Of a DNA stretch of 33,821 nucleotides, positions 1 through 8,000 are shown in pieces. Origin of the DNA: an uncultured bacterium (lineage in GTDB: Bacteria; Planctomycetota; PUPC01; DSUN01); contig CBFDBL010000002.1 in NCBI GenBank assembly GCA_965603035.1, forward strand, positions 1-33,821. Direction: 5' to 3'. The notes under the pieces were generated by a model. The model did no database searches and was not told the origin of the DNA. It saw only the letters and a list, made by a program, of their open reading frames with translations. The translations under genes and the position numbers were made by a program. Each line of letters starts with the position of its first letter. The stretch's first letter is position 1.

Positions 1-1
1 C

Positions 2-337
2 GTCTCGCTGTTCGTCGGCTACCAGGCGGTGGTGTGGGGTGCTGCGGCAGCTCGGCGCGGCGGTGGACGGTGGGCGCGGTGGCTGGTCCGGGGCTCGGTG
101 GTCGGGTTCCTGGCGCTGTGCGCGGGCTACGTGGCCTTGTGCGGTGGCGAGCATCTGCCGAACATCCCGGTCGGGTATGGCTTCCTGGTCGGGGTGCTGC
201 CGGCGTTCCCTGTCGCGGCGCTGGCGGCGCGTCGGCTGGCCGCGCGGGCGGGCGCTCTGTCGGCGGGGTGGTGGGTGTTCCTGTCGTTCTCGCTTTACTA
301 CTGGGCCTCCGCGGTGTTTACTGTCTGGCGGACCTGA
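2..337 (+). CDS. Integral membrane protein, C-terminal part (5' end lies outside the window)
   Basis: Frame 2 is open from the window edge to TGA 335-337. Third codon positions are almost all G/C. The translation (VSLFVGYQAVVWG..VVGFLALCAGYVALCGG..GFLVGVLPAFPVAALAA..WWVFLSFSLYYWASAVFTVW) has three helix-length hydrophobic segments. The ORF track shows only the part from an internal start (29..337). Confidence 0.6.
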   Translation, partial: VSLFVGYQAVVWGAAAARRGGGRWARWLVRGSVVGFLALCAGYVALCGGEHLPNIPVGYGFLVGVLPAFPVAALAARRLAARAGALSAGWWVFLSFSLYYWASAVFTVWRT

Positions 338-349
338 GCGGAGCCGTGC

Positions 350-487
350 ATGACGGCCTGGGTCGTGCCGAACGGCCTGGCGGTCACGCGGCGCGACGGC
401 TCGCGCGAGCGGTTCGTGGTCGGTGGCCGCCGGAGCTGGGCCGAGGCCATCACGGGCGCCGTGTCGGGCGCCGCCCAGCCCGCGTGA
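350..487 (+). CDS. Hypothetical small protein (45 aa), below the ORF-track length cutoff
   Basis: ATG 350 lies 6 nt after GGAG (340-343); TGA at 485-487. The translation is MTAWVVPNGLAVTRRDGSRERFVVGGRRSWAEAITGAVSGAAQPA. Nearly every third codon position is G or C, as in the confident genes here. It fills the gap between two same-strand genes. No family recognised. Confidence 0.35.
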   Translation: MTAWVVPNGLAVTRRDGSRERFVVGGRRSWAEAITGAVSGAAQPA

Positions 488-519
488 CGGCTCGTCGCGT
501 CGCTTTCTCGAGGCACGCC

Positions 520-1599
520 GTGGCTTACAGCGATGGGACCGTGTACTTCATGAGCGGGACGGGCAACTCGTTCCGCGCGGCGACGTGGCTGGCCGAGGCG
601 GCGCGGGCGCGGGGCGTCGAGGCGCGGCTGGTGCAGATCGCCGCGGGCGCGGCGGTGCGCGACGAGCCGGGCGGCGCGGGGCGCCTGGTCGGGCTCGTGT
701 TCCCGACCCACGGCTTCACGGCGCCGTGGCCTGTGCTGCGGCTCGCGTGGCGGCTGCCGCCGGGGCAGGGCGCCCACGCCGTCGTGGTGCCGACGCGGGC
801 GGGCACGAAGCTCGGCCCGGTGTTCCTGCCGGGTCTCGAGGGCACGGGCGGCTACCTGGTGGCCCTGATCCTGAAGCTGAAGGGCTATCGCGTGCGTGGG
901 GTGACGGCGCTGGACATGCCGTCGAACTTCATGGTCGCGCACCCTGGCTTCTCGGAGCCGAGCGCGCGGGCGATCGTCGCGCGGGCCGAGCCGAAGTGTC
1001 GGGCCTTCGCCGAGGCGGTGCTGTCGGGCCGTCGCCGCTTCGCGGGCATCGTCGGGCTGCTGCTGGGGCTGGTGCTGCTGCCGGTGTCGGTGGCCTACGC
1101 GCTGCTCGGGCGCTTCTACCTCGCGAAGATGATGTTCGCGAGCACGCGCTGCACGGGCTGCGGGCTGTGCGCTCGGAGCTGCCCGCACGGCGCGATCCGC
1201 ATGGTCGGCAGGACGCGGAAGCGGCCCTACTGGACCTTCGCGTGCGAGAACTGCCTGCGCTGCCTGGCCTGGTGCCCCGAGCGGGCCGTCGAGTCGGGCC
1301 ACTCGCTCGGCGTGCTGCTCTACTTCGCGACGACCGTGCCGGTCGGGGCGTGGGCGCTGAACTGGCTGGCGCCGCGCCTGGGACTGCCCGCCGCGGCCAA
1401 CAGCCTGGCGGTCCGGCTCCTGCTCCAGTACCCCTACATCCTGCTCGCGCTGTTCCTCAGCTACCTCGTCTTCACGTTCCTGAGCCGCATCCCGCTCGTG
1501 AACCGCCTGTTCACGTGGACGACGCTCGTCCACTACTTCCGCCGCTACCACGAGCCCGACACGACGCTCGACGCACTGGCCCCGGAGGGGCGACGATGA
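520..1599 (+). CDS. Flavodoxin-like / 2x[4Fe-4S] ferredoxin fusion protein with transmembrane segments (EFR1-type ferredoxin-like)
   Basis: This is the C-terminal two thirds of track ORF 34..1599. VYFMSGTGNS near the N terminus is a flavodoxin-type phosphate-binding motif. There are two CxxCxxCxxxCP clusters (CTGCGLCARSCP, CENCLRCLAWCP). Hydrophobic helices lie before the Fe-S domain (IVGLLLGLVLLPVSVAYALLG) and after it (LLYFATTVPVGAWALNWL, LLLQYPYILLALFLSYLVFTFL). Start set at GTG 520 (GAGG 6 nt upstream); ATG 550 is an alternative. Track residues before 520 are Gly/Arg/Ala-rich junk that overlaps the upstream genes out of frame. Confidence 0.8.
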   Translation: MAYSDGTVYFMSGTGNSFRAATWLAEAARARGVEARLVQIAAGAAVRDEPGGAGRLVGLVFPTHGFTAPWPVLRLAWRLPPGQGAHAVVVPTRAGTKLGPVFLPGLEGTGGYLVALILKLKGYRVRGVTALDMPSNFMVAHPGFSEPSARAIVARAEPKCRAFAEAVLSGRRRFAGIVGLLLGLVLLPVSVAYALLGRFYLAKMMFASTRCTGCGLCARSCPHGAIRMVGRTRKRPYWTFACENCLRCLAWCPERAVESGHSLGVLLYFATTVPVGAWALNWLAPRLGLPAAANSLAVRLLLQYPYILLALFLSYLVFTFLSRIPLVNRLFTWTTLVHYFRRYHEPDTTLDALAPEGRR

Positions 1600-1949
1600 G
1601 GCTGACGAAGCCGATCGCCCGGGAGCTGGCCCTCGAGGCGGCGCTGTTCGCCGCGGGAGCTGGGGAGATCGCGCTGTGCCACGACAGGCCCGTGGTGCTG
1701 GCGGTGCTGTTGGTGGCGACGGCGCCGGTGGCCTTCGCCTTCTGGCGTGGGCGCGAGGTGGTGTGGACGTACGTGGCTGGGGGCGTGATCGGGCCGTGCG
1801 GCGAGATGATCTGCGTGGCTGCGGGGGCGTGGGCCTACGCGGACGCCACGCCGCTGGGCATCCCGCTGTGGCTGCCGTTTGGGTGGGCGCTGGTCGCGGT
1901 GCTGATCCGGGGGGTGGCGGGGACGGTGGGGAAGATGACGGGCGGCTGA
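1596..1949 (+). CDS. Small integral membrane protein (117 aa), translationally coupled to the ferredoxin-like gene
   Basis: ATG 1596-1598 overlaps the upstream TGA 1597-1599 (ATGA). The translation MRLTKPIARELALEAALFAAGAG..VVLAVLLVATAPVAFAFW..WTYVAGGVIGPCGEMICVAAGAW..GIPLWLPFGWALVAVLIRG has 3-4 hydrophobic helices. It is the in-frame tail of track ORF 423..1949, whose upstream part is junk. Confidence 0.65.
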   Translation: MRLTKPIARELALEAALFAAGAGEIALCHDRPVVLAVLLVATAPVAFAFWRGREVVWTYVAGGVIGPCGEMICVAAGAWAYADATPLGIPLWLPFGWALVAVLIRGVAGTVGKMTGG

Positions 1950-1981
1950 GGCCGTCGGGCGCGCGACGGGTGGATCGAGGC

Positions 1982-2010
1982 GAGCCGCCGGGCGTGATGC
2001 CCGGCGGCTC
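1982..2010. terminator. GC-rich perfect hairpin between convergent genes (candidate bidirectional terminator)
   Basis: GAGCCGCCGGGC (1982-1993), loop GTGAT, GCCCGGCGGCTC (1999-2010) form a 12-bp perfect stem. It sits in the 82-bp gap between the + gene ending at 1949 and the - gene ending at 2032. It is followed on + by the G/T-rich GTGGTGTTGG, which is not a clean U tract. Confidence 0.45.
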
Positions 2011-2031
2011 GTGGTGTTGGCGTGGAGCGTG

Positions 2032-5000
2032 TCAGGCCTGGCGTCGTCGTCGGCGGAGGAGCGCCACGGCGCCGAGGCCGAGGAGGGCCATCGTGGTCGG
2101 CTCGGGGATGCCCGTGAGGTGGATCGCCACGTCGTTGCCCTCGTACTGGTAGCTGATCTGCCAGAAGTAGGCGCCGTTGCCATCGATGAAGCTCGCGCCC
2201 TCGGGCAGCGGCAGGCCGGTCCTGGCGTCGGTGAAGATGCCGTCGGCGAATACCAGGGGGTCCTCGATGTCCATCAGCACGGCCCAGTTGCAGACGTCGT
2301 CCTGCCCGAAAATGAGCGGGGTGAGGATATCGAGCTCGGAGCCGGTGGCGATGGGGTGGCCCGGGCCCTGGAAAATCATCTGGTCGTGCTCGGTGCCAGG
2401 CGTGAAGCCCTCGATGTCGAAGCCGATGCTCTCGAAGAAGGTGCCGCCTGGCGCCCCTGTGAGGGTGAGTGCGACGCCTGGGGTGCCGCCGAGGTTCAGG
2501 TTGCCGTAGGTCGCCGTGCTGGGCGTGTCGGAGAAGAGCTCGGTGCTGGAGGCGACGTGGATGTCGGTGTCGGGCATGTTGATGGCCATCGGGTCGATGT
2601 TGCCCGTCCAGCCGGCGGCGCCGATGCCGTACTTGGCGGCGAGGTAGCCGCCGATCTTGCCCATTTCGGTGGCCGAAAGGGCCCTGTTGAAAATGAGAAG
2701 CTCGGCAATGTCCCCTTTCAGCTCCTGGCCGCCATTCGAGCGGTCGGCAATGGCCCAGTCCTGGCCGCTGCCGGAGTGGTAATCGGCCCCTCTGTCGCCA
2801 AGGTTTGAGCTGTCAACCAGCATCCGCCACACAGAGCTGTTGCTCTCGATGGCGAAAATGTGTGACCCGTCTGACGGGAGATCATCGAAGTTATAGCCTT
2901 GACGTCCACCCCTGAACGAGCCCGGCACAGCTTCGCTCCACGTGTCGGCTTTCCATCGCTCATCGTTGTTGCGGTTGCCGAACACGTTGTAACGCCCGTC
3001 GCTGTCGATGTAAGCGACGGCGAACAGTGTGGCCGCGTCGGGGAACTGGGCACTCAGATCGCCGAGTTTCATCTCGTCGTCGCCCTCGACGTTGTCGGCG
3101 TTGAACCGCAGCGCAGGTTGGCCGTTTATGGCGCTGGCGATATAGACGGGCTGCCTGTTGGCATTGCCCTGCGCCGCGCTGTTTCCGTTCCCTGACCTGT
3201 CGGCCCAGGTGGCGACCGTCTGGCCGTCGGTCGGGTCGCCGATGGCCCCGTTCCCCTGGCCGTCAACGTCCGAGGCGTCGAGCCAGACAGCAAGCCCGCC
3301 CGGCATGGCGCCGACGCGGACAGTGACCGTGCCGCCTTCGAGGCCGAGCCGTTCGGGCGCGGCGGCCATGTCGTCGCCGCCGACCTTGAAGGTCGAGCCG
3401 GCGCCGCTGATCTTCAGCGCGCCGGCGCGGAAGGCGCCGCCGTCGCTGATGGTCACGTCGTTGGTGCCGGTATCGACGTTGGCGCCGCCACCGATGTTGA
3501 GGCCCGCGGCCTGCATCGCGGCGTTGGAGATGAGGCGGCCGCCCTGGACGTCCACGGCGACGCCGCCGTGGTTGGTGGTGCCCTGGGTGAGGATGAGGTT
3601 GGCGCCGCCGCTCTTGGTGAAGCTGGCGGTGGCGTTCTGCCCGTCGTAGGAGCCGCTGACGGTCACGTCGACGGCGGCATCGAGGCCGATGCTGTCGGCG
3701 CTCGAGTCCACCGCGCCGCCGGCGAAGAAGACGCCCTCGCGGGCGCCGGCGATGGTGAGGGCGCCGCTCTGGAGAGTGAGGTCGCCGAAGGTGGCGGTCT
3801 TGTCGGTGACGGCGTTGAGGGTGCCGCCGCCGGCCACCCGGACGTTGGTGTCGGGCATGACCAGCGGGCCCCGCTGCGGCAGCATCGCCTGGATGTCGGC
3901 CTCGATCAGGGCGCGGTCGTAGATGTAGATGTCGTCGAGCCAGGTGTTGGAGTGGTTGCCGATGCTGGGCGGGTTGCCCGCGTCGCCCGAGTTGTCCCGA
4001 GCGCCGAAGACGAGCTGGGATCCGGTGTTGCTGATGTCGCCGGATTCGAGCACCTCGCCGTCGAGGACGCCGTTGATGTACCAGCGTCGGATGCCAGTCG
4101 CGTTGTCGTAGGTGGCGACGATGTGGAACCACTCGTCCGGGTTCTGCTGGATGATGTTCGACGCGCCGATGACGTCGTCGTCGCCGCTCGTGCCTCGGAG
4201 GGTCATCGTCAGCTTGTCGTCGCTGTCGCCCCAGCCGATCCTGCGGAACTGCCAGCCCTGGTTGCTTTCGCCCCGCTTGGAGATGTAAGGGTCCCAGCCG
4301 TTGTCGGGCCAGCCCTTGACCCAAGCCGCGACGGTGAGGGTGTCGAGGTCGAACACGGTCTGGCCCGCGCCGTCGTCCACGTTGATGGAGCCGTTGCCGG
4401 TGAGGTTGATCGACTGGCCGCTGAGGCCCTCAGGCACGTCGGAGCTGAAGGCGCCGCCGTTCTGGGTGCCGTGGTAGCCGTTGCCCGACGAGTCGTCGGC
4501 GTCCCCGGCGTCGAAGGTCCAGGCGCCCACGGCGCCCGTCGGGATGACGCCGGCGGTCTTGGGGGCGGTGAGGTTGACCGTGCCGCCGGCCATGACGAGG
4601 TCGCCGCCGCTGAGGGGGTCGGTGGCGCCGCCGGCGTTGAGGCTGCCGCCCTCGACCTGGAAGGTGGTGGAGGCGCCTGAGGTCGGGCCGCCGTCGGGGA
4701 GGTCCATGGGGCCGCTGCCGCGCTTGATAAGGGTGCGGTTGGCGCCGGCGCCGTCGTCGTAGTCGCGGAGGGTAACGTGCTGGTCGCTGTTGATGGCGGC
4801 CGTGCCGTTGACGATCGCGTTGGCGAAGCTCATCGGCCCGCCGGCGACGGTGAGCTCCGTGTTGTCGTTCAGGGTCAGGTCGGCGAAGTCGAGCTGGGAG
4901 GCGCTGCGGGACTCGAGCGTCGAGTTGGCCGAGACGAGCACGTTGATGTTGGAGGTGTCGGGAGCGATCCTGGCGCCGTACATGGTCTCCACGTCGTCCG

Positions 5001-8000
5001 CCGTGAGGACGCTGCTGTAGACGTGCACGTCGTCGATCTGGCCGTCGAAGCGGTTGTCGTTGTCGCGGCGCCACGCCATGGTGAAGTAGTCGGTGGTGTT
5101 CAAGCCCGACCTGGCCTCAGAGCCGACGAGCATCCCGTCGTAGTACCACGCGATGTTGGTTCCGTCGTACGTGGCTGCCGCGTGATGCCAGCTCGAGGTC
5201 TCCAGATCGGCAAGCGGCCGCTCCCAGTTGTAGACGTGGATGCCGGCATCGTTGTTGTTGATCACATCGATGCCGAAGAAGAGGTCGCCGCCGCTGGAGG
5301 CGCTGTAGAAGCCGAAGATGCCCTTCCAGTCGCTCGGCGGGTCGGCGGAATCGGACTTGAACCAGCCGGCGATGGAGCGGGGCGCGGCGCCGCTGACGCC
5401 GACGCTGCCGACGTCCACCTGGCCGTCGTTGCCGTCGAAGTCGAAGGCGGTCCCGATCGCGCCCGGCACGCCGAGGGTGACACCGCCGGAGATGGTTCCG
5501 GGGTTCGCAGTCTGGGTGTCGAACGCGGTCGTGCCGCTCGTCTCGTCGAAGGTCCAGTGGGAGATCAGCCCGGTGGTCGGCCCAGGGGCCGGCGGGGCGA
5601 CGGTGTCGCCGAACGACGCGGTGCCGCCGGCGAGGTGGAGGTCGGTGGAGCCGCCGAGGGGATCGGGCGCGTCGGCCGTGAGAAGGCCCTGGCGGACTTC
5701 GAAGGTGGTGCCCGCGCCGTTGATCGTGTGGGCGACGTTATCGACGATCATCGTGCCGGGGCCGTCCTTGATGAGGGTCTTGCCGCTGCCGCCGACGTAG
5801 TCGCCGATGTCCACGGTGTTCTGCACGTCGAGGGTGCCCGAGCCGCCGGCCAGCACCGTCTCGGTGAACGTGGTCGGCGCGCCCATGGTGGACAGGACGA
5901 CCCCGTCATCCAGGGTCAGCTGTCCCACCGTGGCCTCCAGCGGGTACACGATGTTCAGCGTCGAGTTCGCTGTCCCGTGGACGGTCAGGTCCGTCAAGTC
6001 CAAGTCACCCGCGAAGATCTTCGTGGTGAAGGGCCCCGCAAAGGTGTACCGGGCCGTCGGTGTCGGGTAGTCGGCCCCGGCGATGCTATCCACGAGGGTC
6101 CAATTGGCGTTGTCGTTGCTGCCCTCGAAGGTCCATCGCACGGGGTCGCGCTCGGTGGCGTCGTTGGCCGTGGCCCAGTTGTACTCGTCGATGGTGACCG
6201 CAGAGCCGAAGTCCAGGACCAGCGGGGCCTTGTTGAAGTCGAGCCATTTGGTGCCCGTGTTGTTGTCCACGGCCTTTTCCGGCCCCTCCGCGTCGGGGGT
6301 GCTGCCCCCTGGATTGGTCGCCGTGGCGCCGGGGATTTGCAGGGTGCCGTAGAAGACCTGCATCTCGGAAAGCTGCACGCTGTTGGCTGCGCCGTCGTCG
6401 CGCAGCTTGGTGGGCGTGAATCGGAAGTACTGGTAGGTCGCGTCGGCCGGCGTGGCCGGCGGCTCGATGGTGAGCGTGCCGCCGGCCAGCTCGGCGTGCG
6501 TGGGCCCGTCGAACGGGTCGGCGCCGATGGCGTGCAGCGTGCCCTGCTCCACCCGCCAGGTCGTGTCGGCGGCGACGATCGTGTGCGCGTCGCTGTCCAC
6601 CACCAGCTCGCCGCTGCCGCGCTTGATGAACGTCTTGGGGGCGCCGCCGTCGCCGTAGTCGCCGATGTCCACCGTGTTCTGCACGTCGAGGGTGCCGGAG
6701 GCGGCGCCGATGGCCGTGCTGGCGAAGGTCATCGCGCTACCCGTGGTCGTCAGGGTGGCGTCGTTGTTGACGGTCAGGTCGGCGAAGGCGAGCGGGGAGG
6801 TGCTCCGGGACTCGAGGGTCGAGTTGGCCGTGACGAGCACGTTGATGTTGGAGGTGTCGGGAGCGATCCTGGCGCCGTACATGGCCTCCACGTCGTCCGC
6901 CGTGAGGACGCTGCTGTAGACGTGCACGTCGTCGATCTGGCCGTCGAAGCGGTTGTCGTTGTCGCGGCGCCACGCCATGGTGAAGTAGTCGGTGGTGTTC
7001 AAGCCCGACCTGGCCTCAGAGCCGACGAGCATCCCGTCGTAGTACCACGCGATGTTGGTTCCGTCGTACGTGGCTGCCGCGTGATGCCAGCTCGAGGTCT
7101 CCAGATCGGCAAGCGGCCGCTCCCAGTTGTAGACGTGGATGCCGGCATCGTTGTTGTTGATCACATCGACGCCGAAGAAGAGGTCGCCGGTGCTGCTGTC
7201 GTCGTAGAAGCCGAAGATGCCCCGCCAGTCGCTCGGCGGATCGGCGGAATCGGACTTGAACCACCCGGCGATGCTTCTCGGGGCGGCGCCACTGATGCCG
7301 ACGCTCCCGACGTCCACCTGGCCGCTGCTGCCGTCGAAGTCGAATGCGGTCCCGACCGGCCCTGGCACGCCGAGGGTCACGCCGCCGGAGATGGTGCCGG
7401 CGTTCGCACCCTGGGTGTCCGCCGCGGTCGTGCCGCTCGTCTCGTCGAAGGTCCAGTGGGAGATCAGCCCGGCCGTCGGCCCGGGGGCGGGCGGGGCGGA
7501 GCCATCGCCGAAGGCCGCGGTGCCCCCAGCGAGGGTGAGCTTGGTCGAGTCGCCGAGCGGGTCGGCGCCGATGGCAAGCAGGGTGCCGGCGTCCACCTGG
7601 AACGTGGTGTTGGTGGCGCCGCCGGCGCTCAGCGTGTCGAGGGTGAGCTGCCCGTCGCCCTGCTTGGTCACCGTGCCGGCGGCCGTGTCCTGGGCGTCAA
7701 GCACCGTGACCTGCGCCGAGACGGGCACGTTGACGATCGACGTGCCGCCGGCGTTGACGAGCGTGTCGATGGTGGTCGGGCCGCTGCCGACGAAGCTGAT
7801 CGCGTCGCCGTCGTCCAGGGTCAGGGTCGTCGCCGTCAGGGGGCCCGTGTTGTTGAGCGTCGTGCTGCCCGCGACCTTGGCCGCGCCGAGCCCCGTGCTC
7901 GTGCCCTGCGCCATCAGGGTGCTGCCGTTGCCGAGGGTGGAGCTCCCGAAGGTCACCGGCCCGCCGATGGTGGTGAGGTCCGAGCCGGGGGTCATGTCCA

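Noticed and set aside
34-519. N-terminal extensions offered by the track: 34..519 for the ferredoxin-like gene, 10096..10167 for the giant gene, 17758..17886 for AsnB-like 2, 19454..19972 for malQ, 19916..20473 for the HEAT-repeat gene, 22532..23290 for sulfatase 2, and 32511..32792 for the Thr-type sulfatase-fold gene
   Set aside because: In each case the extension is low-complexity and lacks an SD. It also precedes the residue where homologous families normally begin (YFSGTGN, signal peptide, MYGI, MRFERSAGILLHP, PNILIFMTDHQ, MNVLAVCAD), and internal starts with proper SD spacing exist.
4871-7539. Could the near-identical LamG repeats be a diversity-generating retroelement template/variable repeat pair?
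   Set aside because: Both copies are in frame inside the same gene, and the few mismatches are not concentrated at adenines (A/T, T/C, T/C). No reverse transcriptase or accessory gene is in the window, and the repeat is much longer than typical TR/VR pairs.
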